Shown: piece by piece, positions 1 to 9,810 of the stretch
Numbering within the stretch: the first letter of the stretch is position 1
Layout of the letters: each line of letters begins with the position of its first letter
Assembly (NCBI GenBank): GCA_039801885.1
Contig: JBDRVN010000003.1
Location: 3 to 64,002, forward strand
DNA length: 64,000 nt
Direction: 5' to 3'
Origin: a candidate division WOR-3 bacterium
GTDB taxonomy: Bacteria > Hydrothermota > Tepidihabitantia > Tepidihabitantales > DTDR01
Position numbers and translations under genes: made by a program
The notes under the pieces: model-generated
Seen by the model: only the letters and a program-made list of their open reading frames with translations
The model's database searches: none
What the model was told of the DNA's origin: nothing

Positions 1-1
1 T

Positions 2-1486
2 ATCTTACAGGCAAGGGATGAGAATCTTTTTAATGCGATAACTGATTGTGGTGGTGGCGGACTTTCTTCGGCGATCGGTGAACTGAGTGAGAAGACCGGT
101 GCCGAAGTTTATTTAGAAAAAGTGCCTTTAAAATATGCGGGATTAAGTTATACTGAAATCTGGATTTCCGAATCCCAAGAAAGAATGATCCTCTTTATGT
201 CGGAAAAGAATTTTAAAAGGTTTAAAGAGATTTGTGATCTACATAATGTAAAAGCAACAATAATTGGCAGATTAAGAGACGATAAGAAATTAATTTTAAA
301 ATATCAAGATAAGATTGTTGGCGAGATAGATTTAGATTTTCTTCATAATGGAATGCCAACTGTAAAAAGAAAGGCAATCTGTAAGAGAAAAGAGACAATA
401 AAAGAGATTGATTGGGAGATAAGAGATTATAACGAACTTTTAATAAATATTTTAAAAAATGAAAATATTGCCTCTAAGGAGTGGATTATTAGACAATACG
501 ATTTAGAAGTCCAAGGAAGAACAGTTTTGAAACCATTATTAGAAGGCAGTCCTTCCGATGGTGTTGTTTTAAAACCTTTGAGAGAGAAAGATATTGGAAT
601 AGCAGTTGCCTGCGGAATAAATCCTTCTTACGGTGAAATTTCTCCTTATTGGATGGCAGCTTCGGTTGTTGATGAGGCATTAAGAAATATTACCTGTTGT
701 GGTGGTGATATAAATAAAACCGGAATATTAGATAATTTTTGTTTTGCTAATCCCGAAAGAGAAGAGGTAATGGGTGATATTGTGGAGACTTGTTTTGGTG
801 CCTATTTTGCCGCCAAAGGTTATGGTGTTCCTTTTATTTCCGGAAAAGATTCTTTATATAACGAATTTAAGAGTGGGAAAAGAATAATTGCTATTCCACC
901 AACTTTATTAATTTCAGCAATTTCCCTTATTCCCAATATAAATAAAACTCTCACTTCTTATTTTAAGAAACCAAAATCAAAAATTGTTTTAATTGGTGAG
1001 ACTTATAATGAAATGGGTGGCTCAATATATTTCTCTTTATTTAATAAAAATTTTGGCAAGGTTCCGAAAGTAAATCCAGAAAAGGGAAAAAGAATTATGG
1101 AAAAGATTTTTCAGGCAATTAATCAGGGTTTAATAATATCTATTCACGATTTATCCGACGGTGGTTTAGGAACTGCATTATCTGAGATGACCTTCACAAA
1201 TAATTTAGGATGTAAAATTGATTTAGAAAAAGTTTTATTAGGTGAAGATATTAAAAGACCAGATATAATCTTATTTTCTGAATCCAATACCCGATTTCTT
1301 TGTGAAATAGAAGACAATAGAATTGAAGAATTTTTAGATCTTATGGCTGATATAAAATTGGCAATCATTGGTGAAGTATTAGAGAATGACCGATTAATAA
1401 TCAATTACCAGAATAAAAATCTTATTGATTTAGAAATAAAAATTTTAAAGTTAAATTGGGAAAAAGGTTTAAGTTCCAAAATTTAG
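2..1486 (+). CDS. purL: Phosphoribosylformylglycinamidine synthase subunit PurL, C-terminal fragment (5' end outside window)
   Basis: Reading frame is open from position 2. Translation contains DCGGGGLSSAIGE and a second AIR-synthase-like domain (DLSDGGLGTAL), typical of PurL. Confidence 0.85.
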   Translation: MLQARDENLFNAITDCGGGGLSSAIGELSEKTGAEVYLEKVPLKYAGLSYTEIWISESQERMILFMSEKNFKRFKEICDLHNVKATIIGRLRDDKKLILKYQDKIVGEIDLDFLHNGMPTVKRKAICKRKETIKEIDWEIRDYNELLINILKNENIASKEWIIRQYDLEVQGRTVLKPLLEGSPSDGVVLKPLREKDIGIAVACGINPSYGEISPYWMAASVVDEALRNITCCGGDINKTGILDNFCFANPEREEVMGDIVETCFGAYFAAKGYGVPFISGKDSLYNEFKSGKRIIAIPPTLLISAISLIPNINKTLTSYFKKPKSKIVLIGETYNEMGGSIYFSLFNKNFGKVPKVNPEKGKRIMEKIFQAINQGLIISIHDLSDGGLGTALSEMTFTNNLGCKIDLEKVLLGEDIKRPDIILFSESNTRFLCEIEDNRIEEFLDLMADIKLAIIGEVLENDRLIINYQNKNLIDLEIKILKLNWEKGLSSKI

Positions 1487-1546
1487 AGGAATAATTAAAA
1501 AATATCTTGATTTTTGAAATAATTTATTTTATAATAAATCAACTAA

Positions 1547-1813
1547 ATGGAGGAAAGGATGGAAATAAAAGTGGGAAAGGTTACCCATTATTATTCAAAA
1601 ATTGGTGTGGCGATTGTGGAGATAACCGACGAAAGTTTAAATATTGGCGACACTATTAAGATAAAGGGTCATTCAACCGATTTTACTCAAACTGTTGATT
1701 CAATGCAGATTGAACATCAACCGGTTAATAAAGCGGAGATTGGTAATACGATTGGTTTAAAGGTTAAAGATAAATGTCGGGAAGGTGATATTGTTTATAA
1801 GGTATTACCTTAA
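1547..1813 (+). CDS. Small EF-Tu domain-2-like beta-barrel protein (88 aa)
   Basis: GGAGG RBS (aaatggaggaaagg) upstream. The IKVGKVTHYY...GDTIKIKG...IGLKV pattern resembles the translation-factor beta-barrel fold. Confidence 0.5.
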   Translation: MEERMEIKVGKVTHYYSKIGVAIVEITDESLNIGDTIKIKGHSTDFTQTVDSMQIEHQPVNKAEIGNTIGLKVKDKCREGDIVYKVLP

Positions 1814-1837
1814 TTAAAAAAATTAAAAAGGAGGGAA

Positions 1838-1993
1838 ATGGCACGGAGTAAAAGTAAACAGAAAAGAATGAAACATATAAGATGGTTGAAATATAAAAAG
1901 AGAAGGGAAAAGAAAAAGGAATCCCCAAAATTGTTGTCCCAAAACATTACCCAAACTCAAGGAACAGAAATATCCGGCAAGAATAAGGAATAA
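1838..1993 (+). CDS. Small highly basic (Lys/Arg-rich) 51-aa protein, not in the ORF track because it is under 60 aa
   Basis: Strong SD AAAGGAGGG lies 6 nt before the ATG. Product is MARSKSKQKRMKHIRWLKYKKRREKKKESPK... The TAA stop directly abuts the GTG start of the next gene (taaGTG). Confidence 0.35.
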   Translation: MARSKSKQKRMKHIRWLKYKKRREKKKESPKLLSQNITQTQGTEISGKNKE

Positions 1994-4729
1994 GTGAAGT
2001 TTCTTTATCTGATTAATGACAGCAGCGAAGGGGTAGTTAAAGAAGTTTTTTTAAAAATTTTAGAAGAATATTCTTTTCCTAATAAGGATTATTCAAAAAT
2101 TTATCATTTTGGCAGTAGTGGTTTACAAAATTTTTTTGCTTCCCTTACTTTTGCCCACCTTATAAAAGAAAAATCCTTTATTCCACCTCATTTTTATACA
2201 ATAAAAGAGCTTGCCCTAGCCATTTTAGAAAGAGAGGGAATATTAAAAGAGTATAAAACAATTGATAATTCTTTAAAACCTATCATTATTTTAAATCTTT
2301 TAGAAAAGGAAGAGAAAGAAAAAGTTACTTTTGGTTATAGTGTGCTTCTTTCCCAATTTATCAGTGAATTAAAACAATATTATTATAACGAAGAAATAAA
2401 AAATACCCTTTTAAAAAAATTAGAAACCTATCCCAAGGCATACGAAAATTTAGAACTTGCCTTTAAGATGAAAGAAAGATATGAAGAATATTTGAGGAAA
2501 AATAAATTTTTAGATGAAGAGGATTGTCAGTATTGGGCAAACAAGATAATTAAAGAAAAAAAGATAACTTTTCCTTTTTTGGTGATTAATGGATTTATTG
2601 ATTTTACCGAATTAGAAAAAAATCTGCTTGCTACTTTGATAAAAAATAGTGAAAATACCTTTGTCCTTTCTTTTTTAAAAGAAGGTAGAACCTTTGATTT
2701 CTATTTATCCTGTGCTGATTTTAATAAGATTGAATATTCTAAAGATAAAAAATTAGAAACGGAGGAATATTTAAAATTACCAATCTTTGCCTATTCAACA
2801 ATTGAAGAAGAGATTGAAGGAATTTTAAAAAGAATAAAATTGCGCCATTTTAAAAAAGAAAAAGATTTAAGTTCCGTAATTTTAGTATCCCCTAATTTAA
2901 AAAAATATTATTACCTTTTAGAAAGAATTCTTCGGCGGTTGGATTTGCCTTACGGAATATTCAAGACTATAAAACTAAAAGATTTATCGCCTTTCTCTTT
3001 TTTGGTGGAAGTGCTAAAGACAATCGACGATAATTACCCCCGATTAAAAACTTCTTTGATTTTTTCTTTGCCCTATTTCGAAAAATTTTCTTCAGAAACA
3101 AAAAGATACATAAATTTTCTATCTAAAAGGGCAAGAGTTATTTATGGAAAAAGTGATTGGCTTTCTTTGAAAGATATTCTTTTAAAAATGGAAGACCCCC
3201 AAATAAAAGAGTTAAATAAAAAGGGAGTGATTGATATTATAATGAAAGATATCAAAAATTTTTTTGAAAGGAGTGAGGAGTTAATAAGAAATAATTCTTT
3301 AAGCGAATTTATTGCTGATTTTAGAAAATTAATTCAAAATTTAGAGTTTCTGAAGAGAAAAAATTATGAAGAAATTATTTATGAAGGCCTTTTGAAATTT
3401 TACGAAATCTTATCCCGTTTGGAAGATTTTGCTATTCCTATTGACTTTCCTAAATTTATTAAGATTATCGATTACCAATTCAGTTATACCCCTATTAGAA
3501 TTGAAAAAGAATTTTCCGGAATAAAAGTGATTGACCTCCATGATTTAGTAGTTTGGGATTTCTCCTTTTTGAAGGATTACGAAGTTTATCTCTTCGGTTT
3601 GGTAGAAGAGGATTTGCCGGGTAGATATCAGCCGGAACCTTTGATTCCGGAATATTTAAAAAGAGAACTTAATTTACCTAATTCTGACCTCCATCTCTTT
3701 CGGGAAAAAAGTTATTTATACTCTTTCTTAAAAACTACTTATCAAAATTGTTATCTTTCTACTCATAATTACGAAAATGAAAATCCCGTATTACTCACTC
3801 CTTTCTTAGAAGGAGAAAAAATAAAACCAAAAGAGATAAGAGAAATTTTGAGTAATGAGGAGCTGCAAGTATTAAAAGGGGAGGAAGAAATTCCTTTCTT
3901 TAATATAAAAAAGACCGAAATTAGTTTAAAAAACTGGGCAACAAAAGAAAATCCCCTGCCGATAACTAAGCTGGTAAAATATCTTAAATGTCCTTTCCGA
4001 TTCTATTTAGAAGAGGTGATTGGTCTTTCTTGGGAAGAGGAGAAATCCGTGGCAATAGAAAGATGGGAGTGGGGTAGATTTGTCCATTCAGTTATGCAGA
4101 AACTTTATCAAAAAGAAATTCCCGATATCAATGAACTGCCGGAGGTGATTAAACAAAAAGTTAACGAAACGTTAAAAGAAGAAGTGAGTTTTGAGCTTCT
4201 ACCGATTTGGCGAGATTTTATTGTTAAATTATTTGATGAAAAAATAATCCCGCAGTTTTTAGAAGTTGAAAAAGATTTACGAAAAAAAGGATTTTTACCT
4301 TGGCCAAAGGAGGGAATAGAATTTACCATTGAAGGTGAAATAGTGGATGGAATATATTTAAAAGGAAGGATTGACCGGATTGATAAAAGTAATAGGAGTG
4401 TTTTTATTATGGATTATAAAACGGGAAACCAAAAGTCTTTTTCTTTAAGTCAGATGAAACAGGAAAAAGATTTAATTCAAATTTTTGCTTATTACTATTT
4501 ATGGAATAAAAAATATGAATTAAAATGTGAAAATTTGGGAATATATTATTTACCGGAGGTTTGTTTAAAGACACCAAAAGAAAAGGAAATGAAAGAAATG
4601 GAAGAGTATCTTTTAGAAACGGTAAAAGAGAATGTCAAAAGATTAAGAGAGGGAGATTTTTCGGTTGATGATGTTGAAGAAAGTAAATGTTATATGTGTA
4701 ATTATCAATTTCTTTGCGGAAAAGAGTAA
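1994..4729 (+). CDS. addB: AddB-like helicase-nuclease subunit (inactive helicase-like N-region, C-terminal PD-(D/E)XK nuclease with Fe-S cysteines)
   Basis: No Walker A at the N-terminus. C-terminal GRIDRIDKSNRSVFIMDYKTG nuclease motif and a terminal CYMCNYQFLC cysteine cluster. Immediately followed by the UvrD-like partner. Confidence 0.7.
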   Translation: MKFLYLINDSSEGVVKEVFLKILEEYSFPNKDYSKIYHFGSSGLQNFFASLTFAHLIKEKSFIPPHFYTIKELALAILEREGILKEYKTIDNSLKPIIILNLLEKEEKEKVTFGYSVLLSQFISELKQYYYNEEIKNTLLKKLETYPKAYENLELAFKMKERYEEYLRKNKFLDEEDCQYWANKIIKEKKITFPFLVINGFIDFTELEKNLLATLIKNSENTFVLSFLKEGRTFDFYLSCADFNKIEYSKDKKLETEEYLKLPIFAYSTIEEEIEGILKRIKLRHFKKEKDLSSVILVSPNLKKYYYLLERILRRLDLPYGIFKTIKLKDLSPFSFLVEVLKTIDDNYPRLKTSLIFSLPYFEKFSSETKRYINFLSKRARVIYGKSDWLSLKDILLKMEDPQIKELNKKGVIDIIMKDIKNFFERSEELIRNNSLSEFIADFRKLIQNLEFLKRKNYEEIIYEGLLKFYEILSRLEDFAIPIDFPKFIKIIDYQFSYTPIRIEKEFSGIKVIDLHDLVVWDFSFLKDYEVYLFGLVEEDLPGRYQPEPLIPEYLKRELNLPNSDLHLFREKSYLYSFLKTTYQNCYLSTHNYENENPVLLTPFLEGEKIKPKEIREILSNEELQVLKGEEEIPFFNIKKTEISLKNWATKENPLPITKLVKYLKCPFRFYLEEVIGLSWEEEKSVAIERWEWGRFVHSVMQKLYQKEIPDINELPEVIKQKVNETLKEEVSFELLPIWRDFIVKLFDEKIIPQFLEVEKDLRKKGFLPWPKEGIEFTIEGEIVDGIYLKGRIDRIDKSNRSVFIMDYKTGNQKSFSLSQMKQEKDLIQIFAYYYLWNKKYELKCENLGIYYLPEVCLKTPKEKEMKEMEEYLLETVKENVKRLREGDFSVDDVEESKCYMCNYQFLCGKE

Positions 4730-4732
4730 GAT

Positions 4733-7594
4733 ATGAAAGCAAAGTTGATTTTGGCACCGGCAGGAAGTGGTAAAACAAAAAGATTGGCAGAAAATTATTT
4801 AGAGCTTTTAAAAAAAGGTGTACCGGTTGAAAAAATCTTAGCAATCACTTTTACTGAAAAAGCCGCTTACGAAATGAAAGAAAGAATTTTCCATTTAGCA
4901 AAAAATGATGGAGAAATCTTTAAAAAATTAAAAGAAAATTTAAATAAGATTAGAATTTCTACTATTGATGCTTTCTGCCTTTCTTTAATTAAAAGATTTT
5001 CTTTCTTTTTAAATCTCTCCTCTTATCTTGATGTTGTTGAGGATCCGAGAAATCTTTACGAAAAAGCAATTACCAATGCTTTTCGTTCTTTAAAAGAAAA
5101 TGAAGAATTTTACAATCTTCTGCTTAAATTTTTTTTAGAATTTAATTTTAAAGGCTATGAAAGATTAAAAAAAGATTTTCTAATTCCCTTTTTTGAAAAA
5201 AGGTTATTTTCTAAAAGAATAATAATGGAAGAGACGCCCAAGGAGATAGAAAACACCAATAAGAAGGAAATAAAAAAATCGCTAAGTAGAGAATTGGGAA
5301 ATATTGCTTTTCGATTTTTTAAAGAGAAAGTAGAGGGGATTTATGAAGAGGAAAAGTTGAAAAGAGAGATTTTAGATTTCTCTGATTTAGAACTTTTTGC
5401 TTATTTTCTTTTAAATGAGCATCCAGAATTTAATAATATTTTAGATGCCTTTGACGAGAGAACCGACCATATTTTGGTTGACGAATTTCAAGATACTAAT
5501 TATTTACAATGGGCAATAATTGATAAACTTACTGAAGAATGGCGAGCAGGAAAGGGAAGAAAAAGCGAATTAGGAATAATCCCTTCTCTTTTTTTGGTAG
5601 GCGATGAAAAACAATCTATTTATTATTTTCGGGGCGCTAACGTAGAAATTGTTAATTATGCTCAAAGGAAATTAAAAGAATGGCTTGCGGAAGATTTTCA
5701 ATTAGAAATTGTCCAAGATAATTACCGGAGTTTAAAAGCAATTATTGATTTTACTAATATTTTGTTTTCGGAAATCTTTGGAAAAGATTATACGCCTTTT
5801 TTAAAGAGGAGAAATAATGAGGCGAGTGGTAAAGTAGAGGTTATTCTAATTGAAGCGGAAGGGAAAATGGCTGAGAAAAGAAAGTTAGAAGCGGAGATTA
5901 TTTGTAAAAAGATAAAATCAATAGTTAATAATTTAGAAATTTATTCTTTAAAAGAAGAAAAGAAATATCTTTGTGATTATAGAGACATTACAATTTTGAT
6001 TAGAAAGAGAACCCATTTAAGAATTTTAGAAGAGAAACTTAGGGAATATAACATTCCTTTTGTTGTTGTTAAAGGAACTGGTTTTTATGACGAACCGGAG
6101 ATTCAATTTCTTTTAAGTTTTCTTCGTTTTTTAAATGAGCCCACTTCTTCCTACAATTTTTATCTTTTATTGAAAAGCCCATTATTTAATTTTACTGAGG
6201 AAGAGATTATAAAAATCAACCAAGAAAAGGGTTTAAATCTTTACGAAAAACTATTAAACTATTCTACAAATTGTGATGAAAAAAGAAAAAAAGATATTGA
6301 TTATTTAAAGAAACTTTTAGAGGATTACCAGAAAGAAAGATTTTCAATTTTTACTGAAAGAATATTAAGAGAAAGAGAGGTTTATAAATATCTTACCGAT
6401 CCTCAAAAGAAAGCCAATGTGAAAAAGTTTCTAAATCTTATAGAGAAATTAGAGGACGAAAATCAAACCCTTTTAAGTATTACCCAATTTTTTCAATTTG
6501 TTAAAGAAGACGAACCAAAAGCGAATATCAATACCGAAGAGATGAACGTAGTAAAAATAATGACAATTCACGAAGCAAAAGGGCTTCAATTTCCGGTAGT
6601 TTTTCTTCCTTTTTTAGATGAGAAGGTTGCTATCCCCTTTAACCAATCTTTTATTTTTGTTGAAGAAAATGAAAAAAAAGTAAAATATGTTGGTGAGGGT
6701 ATAAAAGAAATGAGAAAAGCTAATGAGGAATTTTCAAAACATAAAGAGAAAGAGATAGCCGAGGAAAAAAGAATTTTTTATGTGGCGGTTACTCGGGCGC
6801 AAGATGCTCTTTATTTATCGGGTGTGTTAGGAGATAATATGGAACAATCAAAATTACTTTGGTTGGTTGATAAACTTCCGATAAAAAAAATTAATAACTA
6901 TTATAAATTAGAAAAGAAAATTGACGGAGTTAGCGTTTTAACTAAAGAAGAGGTGGAGAAGGAATACGAAAGAATAAAAGGGAAAGAAGAAGTAAGAGAA
7001 GAGAAAGAAATCCCGGAGATAATAATTGAGAAATTAACCGGGTTGAAAAAAATGAAATATGTAGAAGTTACCGAAATCTTGCCCAAAGAAAGAAGGCACC
7101 ATTCTTGGGAATGGATAATTTTTGGTGAGGTGTTGCATGCAATTTTAGATGAAATAAGTAAAGGCTATTTAAATTTAGATGAAAAAGAGATTGAAAATCG
7201 GGGTAGAGAACTTTTGAAAAGAAAAGGTATCGGTAATCTGGATTTAGAAAAATGGACAAGAATACTTTTAGAACATTTTCAAAAATTAAGAGAAAAGGAT
7301 TTATTAAAAATTGTTGAGAAAAAAGAAAATAGTTTTTCCGAGCTTCCTTTCATTCTCAAAAAAGGGAATAAATTTTATTCTGGTCGGATTGATAAAATCA
7401 TTATTGAAAAGGACAAAATCTATTTATACGATTACAAAACCTTTCCCGTTGAAGAAAAAGAAGTTGAAAAGATTGCTAAAAGTTATCTTCCCCAATTAAG
7501 AATTTATGAATCTGCTTTAAAGAAAATTTTTAACAAAGAAGTTGAAAAATATATTATTTTTACTTCTCTTGGTAAATTAGTCTTTATCGCATAA
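4733..7594 (+). CDS. addA: AddA-like UvrD/Rep-family helicase with C-terminal RecB-type nuclease domain
   Basis: Walker A APAGSGKT, motif Ia ILAITFTEKAA, DEFQDTN motif II, and C-terminal GRIDKIIIEKDKIYLYDYKT nuclease motif. Confidence 0.8.
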   Translation: MKAKLILAPAGSGKTKRLAENYLELLKKGVPVEKILAITFTEKAAYEMKERIFHLAKNDGEIFKKLKENLNKIRISTIDAFCLSLIKRFSFFLNLSSYLDVVEDPRNLYEKAITNAFRSLKENEEFYNLLLKFFLEFNFKGYERLKKDFLIPFFEKRLFSKRIIMEETPKEIENTNKKEIKKSLSRELGNIAFRFFKEKVEGIYEEEKLKREILDFSDLELFAYFLLNEHPEFNNILDAFDERTDHILVDEFQDTNYLQWAIIDKLTEEWRAGKGRKSELGIIPSLFLVGDEKQSIYYFRGANVEIVNYAQRKLKEWLAEDFQLEIVQDNYRSLKAIIDFTNILFSEIFGKDYTPFLKRRNNEASGKVEVILIEAEGKMAEKRKLEAEIICKKIKSIVNNLEIYSLKEEKKYLCDYRDITILIRKRTHLRILEEKLREYNIPFVVVKGTGFYDEPEIQFLLSFLRFLNEPTSSYNFYLLLKSPLFNFTEEEIIKINQEKGLNLYEKLLNYSTNCDEKRKKDIDYLKKLLEDYQKERFSIFTERILREREVYKYLTDPQKKANVKKFLNLIEKLEDENQTLLSITQFFQFVKEDEPKANINTEEMNVVKIMTIHEAKGLQFPVVFLPFLDEKVAIPFNQSFIFVEENEKKVKYVGEGIKEMRKANEEFSKHKEKEIAEEKRIFYVAVTRAQDALYLSGVLGDNMEQSKLLWLVDKLPIKKINNYYKLEKKIDGVSVLTKEEVEKEYERIKGKEEVREEKEIPEIIIEKLTGLKKMKYVEVTEILPKERRHHSWEWIIFGEVLHAILDEISKGYLNLDEKEIENRGRELLKRKGIGNLDLEKWTRILLEHFQKLREKDLLKIVEKKENSFSELPFILKKGNKFYSGRIDKIIIEKDKIYLYDYKTFPVEEKEVEKIAKSYLPQLRIYESALKKIFNKEVEKYIIFTSLGKLVFIA

Positions 7595-7921
7595 AGGACA
7601 TTGCCAATCAGGTTCTTTAGGAGTAGGATGGGATTGACCATTGCGATTTAATCGGTGCCACAATTCACATTCTAATAAAAAAGCTTCATAAGCTGTTTCG
7701 GTTGCTTTTGCCCAAAAATAAGCATAGGCGGCATCAATTCCCCTAACTGTTTCCGTTAATCCTTTTAAAGTTCCGTAAAGGTCTTCATCAGCGCGACCAA
7801 TTTTTATTGGTACTTCACCATCATTGGATAATAAGAAAACACCGGGTTTTTTTTCATCTTCAATAAAATAATAATCAATCCATTCTAAACGACGGAATTT
7901 AATTCCCTCCATCTCTAACAT
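7577..7921 (-). CDS. GIY-YIG-like nuclease domain protein (114 aa) with C-terminal CPLC
   Basis: PGVFLLSNDGEVPIKIGRA resembles GIY...YIG+R, with downstream conserved E/N positions. Overlaps the addA 3' end by 18 nt on the opposite strand. Confidence 0.4.
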   Translation of the reverse strand: MLEMEGIKFRRLEWIDYYFIEDEKKPGVFLLSNDGEVPIKIGRADEDLYGTLKGLTETVRGIDAAYAYFWAKATETAYEAFLLECELWHRLNRNGQSHPTPKEPDWQCPLCDKD

Positions 7922-8005
7922 TATCCCTCCTTTTTAACACACACCTCTATATATATTATAACAAAAATTTTTAAAATGTCAAGGAGTTTAATTTTTTAGT
8001 ATTTT

Positions 8006-8034
8006 TTGACTTTTAAGAATTTAGATTTTATAAT
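8006..8034 (+). promoter_or_regulatory. Sigma70-like promoter (TTGACT-17-TATAAT) ending 5 nt before the ATG at 8040, i.e. a leaderless configuration
   Basis: TTGACT at 8006-8011 and TATAAT at 8029-8034. No SD precedes the ATG. Confidence 0.4.
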
Positions 8035-8039
8035 TTTAT

Positions 8040-9245
8040 ATGTTTTTTCTTTTTTTCATCGTTTTTTATTCGAAATTAGTAATTACCGAAGTGATGTCTA
8101 ATCCCAAAGGAAAAACGGGAAGATATTATCCGGAAGATAGAAACGAGTTTGTGGAGGTTTATAATATTTCTAATGATACTGTTGATATAAGTACTTATAA
8201 AATTAGTGATTTAGATGCTACCGATTCTATTGTTCCTTGGAAAGATTCTTCTATATTAATTAAATATCCAACATTGAAAATAAATACTACAAAAATTCCA
8301 CCTCAATCTTATTGCCTTATTCTTGATCCAGAATATACTTTTTCTGAACCTCAAGGTGGCGAAGTTCAACCTTATATTTTTCCGGAAAGTTTAATAGTAG
8401 TTACTGTTGGCAACACGACGATCGGTAACGAACTTCAGCAAAATGACCCGTTAATCTTATTTTCTTTTGATGATACTTCAACTTTTGGTACTCCTTTTAA
8501 AGACGATAGTTTTCCAGCGAATATTGAAGATGGCTATTCTAATGAAAGAATTTCTTTTAATGCCGAGGATAAGAAAGAGAATTGGTTTCCTTCTCTTTTT
8601 GAATACGGAACACCAGGAAGGGATAACAGTATTTTTTTTTCTTCTGACCCAGCGATATTAAATTTTACTTGTGAAGAATTTAATAAAGAAAAAAATTTTG
8701 GTATTTTTAAAATCCAATTAATGAATAATGGTGTTTTTAATAGCGAAAGTATTTCAATCAAGCTTTTTAATAATAATAGATATAAAAAAGAGATTTTATT
8801 AAATTTTTTGGAGCCTAAAAAAGAAACCTTAATTTCTTTTCTTTTGGATTCCTTTGATTTGGGTTATAATAAAGTTGAAGCAAAACTATGGGCTAAAAAA
8901 GATTTTGACACTACCAATAATTATCAGTATTTAGAATTATCCTTATTTAGAAAAAATGAGAATTTTATAATTTCTCCTGAAATTTTTTGTTGGAATTCTG
9001 ACAAAATAATTAAATTTGAATTTTCTTTGCCGGAGAAAGGAGATTTAGATTTGGAAATTTTTGATTTAAAAGGCAAATTGATTAAAAAATTTAATTTAAA
9101 GGTAGATAAAAAATATTCTTTTTATTGGGAGCCGGTTAGAGAAAATTTAAAAAACGGGATTTATATAGCAATTATGCGCTATAAATATGCTGATAAAATA
9201 ATTGAAGAGAAAAAAAGTTTCATAATTACTTATGGAAGAGATTAA
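8040..9245 (+). CDS. Secreted lamin-tail-domain (LTD) protein with T9SS C-terminal sorting domain
   Basis: N-terminal hydrophobic segment, then ITEVMSNPKG...EFVEVYNISNDTVDISTYKISD (LTD signature). C-terminus matches the Por sorting-domain pattern (FDLKGKLIKKF...NGIYIAI...K). Confidence 0.6.
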   Translation: MFFLFFIVFYSKLVITEVMSNPKGKTGRYYPEDRNEFVEVYNISNDTVDISTYKISDLDATDSIVPWKDSSILIKYPTLKINTTKIPPQSYCLILDPEYTFSEPQGGEVQPYIFPESLIVVTVGNTTIGNELQQNDPLILFSFDDTSTFGTPFKDDSFPANIEDGYSNERISFNAEDKKENWFPSLFEYGTPGRDNSIFFSSDPAILNFTCEEFNKEKNFGIFKIQLMNNGVFNSESISIKLFNNNRYKKEILLNFLEPKKETLISFLLDSFDLGYNKVEAKLWAKKDFDTTNNYQYLELSLFRKNENFIISPEIFCWNSDKIIKFEFSLPEKGDLDLEIFDLKGKLIKKFNLKVDKKYSFYWEPVRENLKNGIYIAIMRYKYADKIIEEKKSFIITYGRD

Positions 9246-9717
9246 ATTCTTTTGTGATTTTATGCTTGGTAAATTAGCAAAGTATTTAAGGATGCTTGGC
9301 TTTGATACCAAATATGAAAAAGAAGCAAATAAATTAAAAATGGAATTTATTGCTAAAACAGAAGAGAGAATAATTGTGACCCGAAATAGTTATTATAAAG
9401 AGAAAGAAAATTGTTTATTTTTAGAGAGCGATAATCCGAAAGAGCAGTTAATAATTGTTCTTGATAAATTTAATTTGTATGAGAAAATAAAGTTAGCAAC
9501 CCGATGTTTAATTTGTAACGAGCCGGTAAAAAAAATAGATAAAAAAGAAATAAAAGGCAGAGTTCCTTATTATATTTATCAAACACAAAATGAGTTTAGT
9601 TATTGTCCAATTTGCCAGAGAATTTATTGGCCAGGAACTCATTATGAAAAGATGAGCGAATTTTTAGAAAAAATAAAAAATGCCGGGGGCCGGAGTCGAA
9701 CCGGCACGGACTTTTAA
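9232..9717 (+). CDS. Mut7-C RNase domain (DUF82) protein with C-terminal zinc ribbon
   Basis: FFCDFMLGKLAKYLRMLGFDT is the Mut7-C hallmark. CLICN...CPICQ zinc ribbon. The last roughly 12 codons overlap the tRNA-Leu gene on the opposite strand. Confidence 0.7.
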   Translation: MEEIKFFCDFMLGKLAKYLRMLGFDTKYEKEANKLKMEFIAKTEERIIVTRNSYYKEKENCLFLESDNPKEQLIIVLDKFNLYEKIKLATRCLICNEPVKKIDKKEIKGRVPYYIYQTQNEFSYCPICQRIYWPGTHYEKMSEFLEKIKNAGGRSRTGTDF

Positions 9718-9768
9718 TAGTCCAGCGGATTTTAAGTCCGCTGCGTCTTCCAATTCCGCCACCCCGGC
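9681..9768 (-). tRNA. tRNA-Leu (anticodon TAA), class II with long variable arm
   Basis: The reverse complement folds as a cloverleaf: acceptor GCCGGGG/CCCCGGC, anticodon stem GCGGA/TCCGC with loop CTTAAAA, long variable arm, T-arm GCCGG-TTCGACT-CCGGC, discriminator A. CCA is not encoded. Confidence 0.85.
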
Positions 9769-9810
9769 GATTGAATAAATGATAATAAATTTAAAAGAAA
9801 AATCAAGAAG

